Shown here one piece after another: positions 42,870 through 54,406 of a stretch of DNA of 64,000 bases. The first letter of the stretch is position 1, and each line of letters starts with the position of its first letter. The DNA comes from Tubiluchus corallicola. Taxonomy: Eukaryota; Animalia; Priapulida. Below the pieces are notes generated by a model. It was not told the DNA's origin. It saw only the letters and a program-made list of their open reading frames with translations, and made no database searches. The position numbers and the translations under genes were made by a program. Where the stretch lies: positions 1 to 64,000 of the forward strand of contig JAQGDQ010000037.1 in NCBI GenBank assembly GCA_030141605.1. Reading direction: 5' to 3'.

Positions 42870-45800
42870 TGTTGTGGAGATCGCTGGCATCAAGCAGAAT
42901 TGCATAGAACACCGCGGAATGTTCCGCCACCGATGTAACTCAGTTCCGCCTTGGTAACTCAGTGGACAGTTGTTTATTCAAGCAATAATGGCAGAGCAGA
43001 TGGGCAAACTTATCAAGCTCCTCCGCCAGCAGATGGATCAGCAGGCGCAGCAACACAAAGAAGATATGGATCGGCAGAAAGAACAAATGGAGGGGCAGGC
43101 ACAGCAACACAGAGAGGATATGGATGCTATGAGGAAACTGCTTCAGACTAGAACTCTTGAAGAGAATTCCAGCTCAAGCGCCCACCTTCCACCTGCATCA
43201 ACACTTACAGCTGCCATTCCACCATTTGCTGCCTTTGATCCACTTTCTGAACTGTGGCCTGACTACTGGTCAAGATTTTGTATCTTCATGGCAGCCAACG
43301 CAGTGCCTGACCAACGCCAGGCTCAAGTTTTCCTAACAAATCAGTCTGCATGTGTTTACAAACAACTGGCAAATCTAGCGACACAACAGTCTCCGCCCAA
43401 GGATATCAAAGAACTGACAATTGATGAAATTGTCGACTTTATGAAGGAACAGTTTGACCCGAATCTTTTCATACTGCGTGAACGATTCAAGTTCTGGAGT
43501 AACATGCAAAGGAAGCCAGGCGAAACTCCCCATGAGTTAGCAGCCCACATTCGCCAAGATGCTGCTACATGTGATTTTCCTTCAATCTGAAACCCACTAG
43601 ATGAAGCTCTGAGACAGAGGTTCATATGCTCTATCAATAACGAAGCTGTTTTGAAGGCTATCTTCAAAATCAAGAAAGAAGAGCTGACTTTCGCCTGTGC
43701 TATCTAAATCACTGCAGAGACTGAAGACGCGGCAAAGGCTGTCAAGGAAACTGTTTACAGTCCCAAGCCCAGGCCCATCAACAAAGTCAAGACGAACCAG
43801 AACAAGGGTCAACGTAAGAACCAGCAGCAATCACAGTCCAACGACATGGATACAAAGTGCTACCATTGTGGAAAGGCCCACAAAGTGACTGATTGTCCAT
43901 ACAAAGATGCCAAGTGCCATTTCTGCGACAAGAAAGGACATTTAGAGGCTGTCTGCATGAAGAAACAATGGCAGCAACGGGACCAAAAATCTGGAAAGTC
44001 TGTGAGAAGAATCAGGAAAGATGAGCTTGTCAAGGCGATCCTTGGAGAAGTTCCCGACGACTCTCCTAGATTGGAGGTCAAAGTCAACATCCAAGACCAA
44101 CAGTTCACAATTGAACTTGACACCGCAACATCCGGAAATTTTGTTTCAGTGCCGGTCTGGAAGCAACTGGGCAAGCCAAAGCTGGATGACGTCAGACATC
44201 CCTACGAGTCTGCCAGCAAGCACGACCTGCCAGTGCTGGGAACTTTCATGGGCCAGACCAAGGATCCAAGGACTGGCAAACAAAGCTCAATTTCCTACAT
44301 CGTCACGAAGATCCCTGACCTGAACCTGCTTGGACGAAATGCTATCCAGAAGCTGAGAATTTCTGTGGACAATGCTCTAGGACTGAGAAGCATAGAGAGT
44401 CAAGACAAGAGCAAGGGTGCAAAAACGTCACATCCGGAGACCACTTACGCGTCTTATGCTTGCCTGCAACGACATTGCCACAACCTGTGTGATGAGTTCC
44501 CAGATCTCTTCAAAGAAGAATTGGGGTGTGTTAAGGACTTCGAACTGGAAGTGAAGTTCAAGTCTGATGTGAAGCCGGTTTTTAACAAGGCACGACCGGT
44601 TCCATTCGCTCTTCGAAATGACCTGGCCAAAGGTTACGAGGAAGGCATCGCCAAAGGTGTCTGGAAGCCAGTCCAGTTCAACAAATACGGAACGCCAGTG
44701 GTACCGATTCGTAAAGCTTACACTCCGGGCACTCAGGAGCCCAAATTGCCGATCTGTGGTGACTACTCAGTCGGCATCAATGATCAGCTAGTGGACCACC
44801 GTCATCCGATGCCACTCCCAGAGGAACTGATGCAGAAGCTGGGAGGTGGATACGGCTACACGAAGATCGACCTTGCTGGTGCCTACAACCAGATTAAGTT
44901 GGCACCCGAGAGTCAATGCAGGCTAGCTCTCAGTACCCACCGCCGTGTACTAATGCAGCAATGATTTCCTTTTGGAATCAAGTCAGTGCTTGATTACTTT
45001 CAGGAGATCATGGAGAACCTGACCAGTGATCTGCCTGGAGTTGCCATCTTCCAAGACGATATGCTCGTCAGCGGGCAAGACGCAAATGATCACCTGAGCA
45101 ACCTGAGACACTTGCTCACTCGTCTGAAAGACAAAGGATTCAGATGTCGTCGTAAAAAGTGCTTGTTCGCACAACCACGTGTTGAATATCTTGGATTATC
45201 GGCCGAAGGAGTTGCAAAAGGATCCAAGGTCGAGGCAGTCATGAAGATGCCACCCCATACAGACGTCTCAAGCTTGAAGTCTTTCTTGGGTTCGGTTCAG
45301 TTCTACGGGAAGTTCATCCCTAACCTGGCTACTATGGCAGAGCCTCTTTACAGGTTGACCAAGAAGACACTCCCCTGGAAGTGGGGAGATGAGGAGCAAA
45401 CAGCATTTCAACTTTTGAAAAATGTGCTATCCTCAGATCAAGTCCTTGTGCAGTTCAACTCAGACATGCCTCTGGGATTGGCTTGTGATGCGTCCAACGT
45501 TGGAATTGGAGCTGTCCTGTTTCATCGCTATCTGGACGGAAGCGAGCGCCCAATTGCCAATGTGTCCAAGACTCTCACAGCTGCAGAAAGGAACTACAGC
45601 CAAATACATAAAGAAGCCCTAGTCATTATCTTTTGTAAACGGAAATTTTACCAGTACCTCTGCGGGCATCATTTCACACTGGTGACTGATCATAAGCCAC
45701 TGACTTCACTCTTCGTACCGAAGAAGGGGACGCCACTTCTTGCAGCTAATCGCCTAGCTCGGTGGGCCCTGTGGCTAAAGCAGTTTGACTACACAATCGA

Positions 45801-47601
45801 GTACCGGAAAATAGCAGATCACGGCAATGCAGAGGCCCTTAGTCGCTTGCCATCTGGAGACGACAACGACTTCGACAGGGAGGAAAATGGTGAAGACATG
45901 CACACGGTGTGTGCCATTAAAGTTCTCAGTCTTCAAGTCAAGCCTGTGGACGCCAACATCCTCCGACAAGAGCCGGAAAAGATCCAGTGCTAGCTACGGT
46001 AATGCGCTATGTCCGAGAAGGATGGCCGCCCAAGCACGCTGAGATCAATGAAGAAGTCGAAAAGTCGGATTCACTCAGTATCTGCCACGGATGCCTCATC
46101 CATGGATCAAGAGTTGTGATTCCACAAAGCCTGCAGTCCGAGATCCTGGATCTTCTGCATATCGGGCACTTTGGCATGGAACGCATGAAACAGTTGGCAA
46201 GAAGTGCTGTCTACTGGCCCGGTATCGATGCAGCTATCGAGATGGCTAGCCGACGATGTGACTCGTGCGGAGAACATCAAAACAAGCCATCCAAGCCTGC
46301 AGTTCAGCCATGGATGCTACCAGAGAAGCCATGGAGCCGCTTATACCTGGATCACGCCATAAACTTCATGGGTATGAACTGACTGGTGTTCTCGGATGCT
46401 TACTCAAAGTATCCATGCATTCACCTACTTCTTCCACGTCCACTAAAGCTACTCTAGATCTGCTGGAAGAGGACTTTGCTCACTCCGGATTACCTCACAC
46501 GCTGGTCACAGACAATGCATCAACCTTCATGTCTGATGAGTTCCAGAGCTCGTGCAGAGAACGTGGGATCACACATCTCACAGGCGCACCATACCATACA
46601 GCTACCAACGGAGCAGCAGAACGATTGGTGCAAACATTTAAGCAAGCACTCAGAAAGTCTTCTCTTCCCCCAAAACGAGCTCTTCAAGAGTTTCTGATGC
46701 AGTACCGGCGAACACCTACATCCTGTGGATTCTCTCCGAGTGAACTCTTGATGTCTCGGCAGATACGGACAAGGATCGACTCCTTGCTACCCTCGCCAGT
46801 GCACATCGCTCAGGGCAAGCAATCCAAAGAGTCATCTCGCTCTACTCCAAACTCGGGAGGTGTTGCCCGATGGGTACCAGCGGTCATCAAGAAAGCTTTG
46901 GGTACCGCAGCTTCAACGTTAAGGTCTTTCCTCATGGTCCAGTGTGGAGACGACACTGGGAACAGCTAAGTCCATGCTCCGCTTCTGCAGGGGACTATGA
47001 GCCTGGTGAGGAGACAGATTTTTCCTCTGAGCTTCCAACTGATCATCCAATGGAGATCCTGGAATAACTGCCAGAAACCCTGAAGCAGACCAGAGCACCT
47101 CAGCCCATGTCCGAGACCAAGCCGCATGTGCCTGAGTATGGACCGGACATCCCCAGACGATCCAAGAGGACACCCAAGCCGAGATAGAGACTTTGTTGCT
47201 GATGCTTTGGAAACAGCATCAATTTCGGGGGGAGGTGTTGTGGAGATCGCTTGCGTCAAGCAGAATTGCATAGAACACCGTAGAATGTTCTGCCACCGAT
47301 GACCGCCTTAGCATCTGGATTGTTCTCGAACATTTCTTCGAGAAGTTTCTCCAGCGCGCTATATAAGGCAAAGCAGCCTGCCGACACGGGGCACAGCACG
47401 GATCACGGATCGCAGAACACGGACTTATACTCATTTATTTACTTACCCGAACGTTTTCCAGATTTTTACGTTTATTTGTAATCATTTCAATGTTCCTTCA
47501 TCTTTGTGTTCTAGAGAATTCTCGTTGAATAAAGCAATAACAGTTAACGGCGTGTTTTCTGGTTTTCCCTACAAGCCTTCCGAGACAGACAAAACACAAC
47601 A
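42870..47601 (+). mobile_element. Ty3/Gypsy LTR retrotransposon, near full length but inactivated
   Basis: Gag with CCHC knuckles, protease (ELDTAT), RT (IDLAGAYNQI, FQDD), RNase H (ACDASNVGIG) and integrase (HIGHFG...CDSC; TDNAS; NGAAER), with several stops and frameshifts. 3' LTR at 47236-47601 after PPT GGGGGGAGG; 5' LTR retains only ~66 bp (42870-42935). TSD ATAAG/AAAAG. Confidence 0.95.
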
Positions 47602-47606
47602 AAAAG

Positions 47607-49562
47607 AACACAGTCTGTTGCTAAGATGAGTGCACAAAACGCTTCTAGTAACGAGCCAAATAATTAAAGTATGGCGGGAAAGCAAACGGCTTCGGAACAA
47701 AGAGCTGATACTACGCAAAATTTACCAACGAATACCCAGTATATACAAAACAACATGACGGCATAAAGTGATCACTGATCAGTCAGTCAGCCTACAGTGT
47801 TTGAATGCCATTCGAAGCTTACAAGAGCAGGTTACTGCATTAGACAGAAAATTTTCTGAAGAAACAGAAGAAAATAAGCAATCGCAACAGTTTATTTCAA
47901 ACAGCTTTGAGAATATGCAGAAGGAATTTCCAGGCATAGTCAGACAGGTAAATTCACTTACATCTAAATAAAATCCCTGGAGTTAACTGTTGCTACTTTA
48001 CAAGAGTCAGTTAAAGACAAAGATGTAACCATTGACAGATTAGAACAATATAGCAAGAGAGAATATTTGGAGATTAGTGGGATACCTGAGACAAAGGGAG
48101 AAGATATGGATGAGACTGTGAAAGATATAGCAAACACAATGGGAGTGCAAATAAGTGACAGTAATATCAGTGTGTCGCACAAATTACCAAGAAACATAAG
48201 GAAAGAAACACCAAAAATCATAGTGAAGTTTGTTAGGAAAACCAAGAGGGATGAAATGTATAAGAAAAGAGGCGAAGTCGGATATACCAGTGATTTATGT
48301 ACTGGGAGATACCATTATGGAAGGCAGAGAATCTACATTAATGAGAGTTTGACTCAAAAACGAAAACAACTATTTTATGATGTTAAGCAATTCAAAAAAG
48401 AAAAACGTTTTAAATATTTGTGAACCAAAAATGGTAGACTTTTGTTAAAATACAATGATGAAACTGAAGTGTTTGGTATAGAAACAGAAGCAGATATTCG
48501 CAAAGTAGTGAATAAAACAAGTTAATGTGTAAAAAATGTATTATTTATAGCAGTTAGGTACCCTTGCAATAAATGTGCTAGACCCTGTAAATATAATGAA
48601 AATATAGTGGCCCCATTTAAGCTGCACTGCTCTGACAATTTAACCTTCTTCCTTATCAAGAAAGTTATTATTATAAACTTTCAACTCTATCTAGTCAAGA
48701 TGACTTAGCGAATACCACTATATCTGCAAGTCAAATCTGCAAGTCTAATTATTTCACCAACACTCACATTACTGTTTAATAAATCGGTTATTTGTGGAAC
48801 TTTTCCAAATATATTAAAAATAGCAAAAGTTATTCCTTTATATAAAACTGGCTCTCAACATGAACAGACCAATATCTCTCTTATCACCAGTATCAAAAGT
48901 TTTTGAGAGGCTAATTTACAAGAGATTATACCAGTTTGTTGTGAAAAGCAATATCCTAAGTAAATACCAATTTGGTTTCAGAAAAAATTATTCGACTGCC
49001 CATGCTGTATCCGAATTAATAGACACGATCTCTCTAGACACTGACAAAAAATTACTGAATTGTGGAATATTTTTAGACTTATCAAAAACTTTTGATACCG
49101 TACAGCATAGTATACTAATAGCCAAATTAAGCTATTATGTCTTTGCAACTAATTCAGTCATATCTAACTAACAGAAAACAATTCATACCTATTAACAACG
49201 TATCATCAGGCTATAAACACATATCGTGTGGAGTGCCACAAGGCTCTAATTTAGGACCTCTTCTATTCTTAATTTATATTAATGACTTTCCCACATGCAT
49301 CAACTTTCGAACCCGAATATTTGCCGATGACACTAATTTGTTCATGTCTGACTCCAATATAAATAATCTGCATAAATCTGTCAATGAAGAAATGAAGAAA
49401 ATAGACCTGTGAATGAGAGCAAACCAGCCATCAATTAACTACAAAAAAACCAAATTTATGATAATCAACAACAAGCAAATTAACAATGCTAATAATCCAA
49501 AATTTCATATTATAATTAACAAACACAAAATTGAAGAAACAGACTAATCAAATATTTGGGCC
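47607..49562 (+). mobile_element. Decayed CR1/L2-type LINE (ORF1 and deleted ORF2); its 5' UTR probably continues at ~42711-42869
   Basis: ORF1 remnants LEQYSKREYLEISGIPE...IIVKFV...IYINESLT. ORF2 start VRYPCNKCARPC. RT motifs RPISLL, QFGFR, FLDLSKTFDTV, GVPQGSNLGPLLFLIYIND, FADDT and KYLG, with stops and frameshifts. Confidence 0.9.
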
Positions 49563-49609
49563 TAATACATGGGCCAACAACCAAATACTGGGTCATTGGT
49601 TGCCACACT

Positions 49610-51085
49610 TTTTCATCCCCACTCACAGTGTTGGTAGCCTTGGGCGGGGGAAAAACAACAGCTGTTGACCACTGGCCAGTGAATCAAGGGTTTTTAAAAG
49701 CTGACAAGCTTTAAGTGCCCGACAGAGGGGCCAAAATGCAAAATTTGGGGTCCCTCTTATTGGTGACCTTTTACATACTGAGGGCAAGGGACACAAAATT
49801 TGCAGGGTACACTCTCTGGGCAAAGTTATCTATGTATACATGTGACCCGAGTTGCCAGGTCAAAGGTCACAGTGCGGGTCTTCATTTATTTTCCTCTATG
49901 ATCCATCTGCTCGCATAGTCTTCGAGCTAGGGCTACAATATTTGGCATTATGCTAGGCGGGGTCGTGGTCTTGCAAGGCTCAAAGTATGGGGCATGCTCA
50001 TAGAGGAAATTTTTCCACTAGGGAGCAAAAACTAAAAAATGGGGATCAGGAACAGAGGTGCACAGAGTGTTGAGCAATGGTAGCTTATCAAATGAAAGTT
50101 AGCAGAAGGCAAAAAAGGGGCCGAGGAATGCTTTCCATTGCCTACAGGAACTAGCTTGTAGTGTATTAAACCAAATATCTCAATGAGACAAATCGAATGA
50201 TTTTAATTACCCAGAGGTTGGTTGATTTCTGACCCCAGTAGGGGGCAAAAACCGAAAAAGGGGATCCAGAAGAAAAATGCCCCAAGTGTCAAGCAGTAGG
50301 GGTGAGCATGGAACGTTCGAATTGAATTCGAACGCTCGAATTCGATTAGAACGAGTTTTTTTAGTTCGAACTCGATTCGAATCCAAAACTATAGATTCGA
50401 ATAATTCAGCACTTCAATCACATATGTTCTTTATCACTAAAACGATTGAAACATCATGCAATTAGCGTGATTTAGCTGTGATTTCTGTGCACAATTTTAT
50501 ACCAATTACTAGTCGTTTTATTGTAGAACAAAATCCAGTAACATGCATAATTTTTGTAAGACTAATTTTTACTGGTGGTTCGAAAACTAGTTCGAAAATC
50601 TTTCAATCTCAATTCGAATTCGGTTCGAATTCGAAGCACTGAAGTTCGGTTCGATTCGAATTCGAGAGTCACAAATTCGGTTCGATTCGAATTCGCTTTC
50701 TGGTAGAGAATGCTCACCCCTATCGAGCAGTAGTACCATGTAGTATATCCAATGAAAGGTCTCAATGAAACGAATCGAATAGCATATGTTGCAATAAGAA
50801 CAGTTAACCTGTGGCCCTCTAGGGACAAAATAGGGGGTGAGGAGGAAACGAATTTCCAATTTCAACCAAAACTAGCTTGTAGTATATCAAATGAAGGTCT
50901 CAAAGAGATAAACTAAGTGAAATAAATTATACTGAAATTGATTAACCTTTGACCCGTGGGTGACAGGCTGAACAATTAAATGCTGAGGTTTCATTGTGAA
51001 ATGACTTCCTACGTGTTCAAGCATGGCCAATTCAATAAAAGAAAGAAAAGACCTTTCAAAAAAGGCTGCCGTCTCTTCATTTTTA
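49610..51085. mobile_element. Unclassified non-coding repeat with recurring AACTAGCTTGTAGT / TATATCAAATGAAGGTCTC motifs, host of the hAT MITE
   Basis: Related motifs at ~50085, ~50150, ~50740 and ~50870 resemble the TATACATCAAACGAAAGGTCTC motif of the (TA)n-associated family. Boundaries are approximate. Confidence 0.4.
50297..50722 (-). mobile_element. hAT-like MITE rich in TTCGAA palindromes, copy 2
   Basis: Perfect TIR TAGGGGTGAGCAT / ATGCTCACCCCTA; 8-bp TSD TCAAGCAG / TCGAGCAG. Confidence 0.88.
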
Positions 51086-51249
51086 AGGCTCAATTTTATA
51101 ACTATTGTTTGAAAACCTTCATGAGCATGTCTGAAACATTGTCAGCTAGTTACTTTTACTTTTCACATGAGGTTAATCTTTAGAGCAGACAGCAATTAAG
51201 CTAATAAAACATTTCAGATATTTGCAGCATCATTGAAACAAAGCACAGA

Positions 51250-52050
51250 ACCATAATTGCAAACTAACAAAAATCAGTAAGAAAGCTGAAGGAACAAGTA
51301 AGATAGATTCAAACAAATGGTAAAAGAAAGGAACATTATTGCAGCTAGCCAGGGGAAAGTTGAATAAAATATTGAACTAAGTTAAAGATAAGAACATTTT
51401 GGTCATAATTAAGTAATGCATTGCCAGACAACATGGCGGAGATTTTAAGCCATGGAATCATGGAATTGATGTTGAATGAAATGACATTGGAAACGTACAA
51501 ATTATCAAAATTTGAATTAATGCAATTGCTCTCTGTCGTTGCAAACAAAGGTAAACAGGGAATTCTTAATTTTGAACAAAAAGATTCTAGTATATGACAC
51601 CTATTGCTGAAAAAGAACTCAAGAAACTAATTAATTCAAAACACTAGATACAGATATGAGCATTCAAAGGCCGTTCAAGATACAAGCTATTACTTAGCTC
51701 TACCACTGTTCAACAAGACACTAGAAGAGAAAAAGTTCCCTGGTAAATGGAACAGCTAGCTAGGTCATTCCGTTTCACAGGAAAGCTAAATGGGATAGTT
51801 CTGCCAATTAACACTATGCCGTACGTATAGTGAATTGTCGTGGGTGGCACTATAGTAGATAAATTGAAGGACGTAAATGTTCCAATTAACCAAGCTCTAA
51901 CAGTATGAAAGTTGTTGGAAGCCGATTTAGAGATATAAAAAAGAAGACAGAGACTTAAATTAGGCTTGCACTCAGAAGAGATAAGTGCCTACCACACTAG
52001 AAGAGAGGCCGATATGAAATCACTGAAGGTTTCTTATATTGCCTTTTAAG
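51250..52050 (+). mobile_element. Highly decayed LINE ORF2 fragments
   Basis: Broken frames resemble KFPGKW...VIPFHRK...SAN, the pre-RT motif, at ~51730-51810. Confidence 0.35.
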
Positions 52051-53224
52051 ATTTTCTGCCTTGTTTGTCTGTTTTTGTCTCTTGAAAATTCTGTGTTTGA
52101 TTGGTGTCTTGTTATTTGTTTGCATTTTGTTTACTATATAAAACAATTTTTTGTAACATGCGCTTTTATAGCGAAATGTTGCACTTAGAATGAGACTAAA
52201 GAGTGGCTATAATAGGTGAGACTGTTGCAGTACTATAATTATCTTGCAGGTAGTTAATGATGTACAGCCTTCACTTGGAACTTATAAAAGAAAAGATATT
52301 ATGAAAAACTTAATAAATAGCATTAAATGGCATTACATCTTCAGGAGGTCGTATGCAATTTAGGCAGTTATTATTATTATCTCATTTATGTAATGAGATA
52401 ATAATAGTATTATCTCATTTAGTACGTTTATTTTGTTTGGACAATATAATATTGTTACTACTAGTGAAAAAAGTGCTGCAACCATGATGGCACTAGCGGT
52501 TTCGTCTGAGGCATTCAATAGAGTAAATCACAAATTTTTAGCTGCAAAATAAATGAATAATGGCGTTTGTTGGTGAAATAAACAATAAAATAAAATAAAT
52601 AAATAAAAGCAAAAAAATAAATGCCCCACTCAACCATCATCTTCTGTCCTCTCTTCTGTTCGGCAATTGCATATTATTAAATTAATCGGGAGTCCACATG
52701 GGAATATGTGAAATTTTGACAGAGATTTTCATTGCAGGTTAAATAATCTGGCCTTTTTTACTTCTTCAGTGATTTCTGGTGGGCTATGCTGCTCATTTTG
52801 CATTTTTCGTATGAATTGGCATACAATTTATATTTTTCTTGATGAAACAGATTTTTAATATATTAATAATAATTCCGCATTATTCTTGTGCATGTAAATG
52901 CTGTTTTGGAGGTATTTTTTAATATCTTAATATAAGGTGTGTTTGTGATATTTTTTTAATTCTTTTTCTCACTTGGCAATTGTTTTTGTGTCATAATTTT
53001 GGAAAGCCTAAAATTAGGAATTTTGTTATTGATTTAGTGTACATGCATTTCTTCAATGTATCTAAAATCCAAATAAACAAAGAATCATGAGCAGCAGGTA
53101 GAGCATAGTTGTTTTGCATTTAAGCTTTTGTTGCCTATTTCTAGAAAATTATGGGCAACTTGGTAAGTTCATCGGGAGATAAAAAATTCTGAGACAGCCA
53201 CTGGATAGATGCCAGCTTGTCAGA

Positions 53225-54406
53225 ATGGAGGATGGTCGAGACATTCCCAGTTCTTACGTTGATGACGTATTCAGCATCTACGATTTTCTATATCATGTGA
53301 AATGTTTGATGATACTTCTAAAACCAACACGAGACGTATGGAGTTTCTTTGTCTACATGATTATGTGGAAGTCAGTATTATTTTCTCTTGTGGTGTTAAC
53401 ACTAGGGAACTGTTTAGCCATTTTTTCCACTCAAGATGACGTTTTCATTCTTCTGATTATGCAATTATTTTTGGCAGCATTTGTTGGAGTGGTGAATTAC
53501 AAAACGAAGTTGTTGCACAAGTGTCTTCCTGACATCATGAATGTACAAGTGGTAGAGTCTGTAGAAAGAGATGGGCCACATGACCCCTTGATACAAGAAT
53601 TCCTTCTTGTACTGAAAAAGATAGATGATCTTGTTATTGATGCTAATCACATGCTTGACAGAATATTTCGTATTTTGGCATGGTCGTTTCCTTTAGTATC
53701 TGCTATTGTTTTTGTGCTCTGTGTTTCTTGTTGCGTTCTGATATTTTACATGCCGATGTGGGTATTTGCTTTGGTTATCATAAATTTCACTATGCTTTAT
53801 GGATTTTGTTCGCGATTTGTTCTGTCATCAAAAATAGAAGCTATGTCAGTTTCCACCTGTCCTTCTTTTGAGCACCAAGCATATAAGAAGGAAACTGAAA
53901 AATCTCCACTTGCTTCTGAATGGCTGCGGGTTTCGGAGCAACATTTCTCAGCAGATGACGATGTTGCATATGTAGAAAAACTAATTGAAGAACTTAGTGA
54001 AGACATGGAAGAAGAAGAGCAGATTGAGGACATGAGAAATGAGGACGAAGATGATTCTGTGCATAGTATTCCTAGTATTGGAACAGCAAAGTCCAGCAAG
54101 CACCACGGAAATACCTTAGAGTCAGAAAAGCTGAGTTTAAAAAGCAGATTGTTAGAACTGAAGCAACGCCATCAGCAACGTAAGTCGAATCTTGGAAACT
54201 GCATTGGTTGTAATGCAGCATTTTCCCCCATACTTAAAAGAAGATTTCATTGTTCGCATTGTGGTAATCATTACTGTTCGCGCTGCTGTTGCTATAAAGT
54301 GCCACGCTCTCTTTTCGGTGCCACTTCACCTGCTGCTCGACTAGAAACTGTTATTGTGTGTTACATTTGCTACAAATACTTGACTCAGAAGTCAAAGGTT
54401 TCGTGA
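53225..54406 (+). CDS. ZFYVE27: Protrudin-like FYVE-domain membrane protein, single coding exon, 393 aa
   Basis: Several hydrophobic helices, an acidic/coiled-coil linker, and a C-terminal atypical FYVE (GNCIGCNAAFSPILKRRFHCSHCGNHYCSRCCCYKVPRSLFGATSPAARLETVIVCYIC) that closely parallels the vertebrate protrudin FYVE as I recall it (CSRCCSFKVPKSSMGATAPEAQRETVFVC). In-frame TAA upstream at 53180. Confidence 0.85.
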   Translation: MEDGRDIPSSYVDDVFSIYDFLYHVKCLMILLKPTRDVWSFFVYMIMWKSVLFSLVVLTLGNCLAIFSTQDDVFILLIMQLFLAAFVGVVNYKTKLLHKCLPDIMNVQVVESVERDGPHDPLIQEFLLVLKKIDDLVIDANHMLDRIFRILAWSFPLVSAIVFVLCVSCCVLIFYMPMWVFALVIINFTMLYGFCSRFVLSSKIEAMSVSTCPSFEHQAYKKETEKSPLASEWLRVSEQHFSADDDVAYVEKLIEELSEDMEEEEQIEDMRNEDEDDSVHSIPSIGTAKSSKHHGNTLESEKLSLKSRLLELKQRHQQRKSNLGNCIGCNAAFSPILKRRFHCSHCGNHYCSRCCCYKVPRSLFGATSPAARLETVIVCYICYKYLTQKSKVS

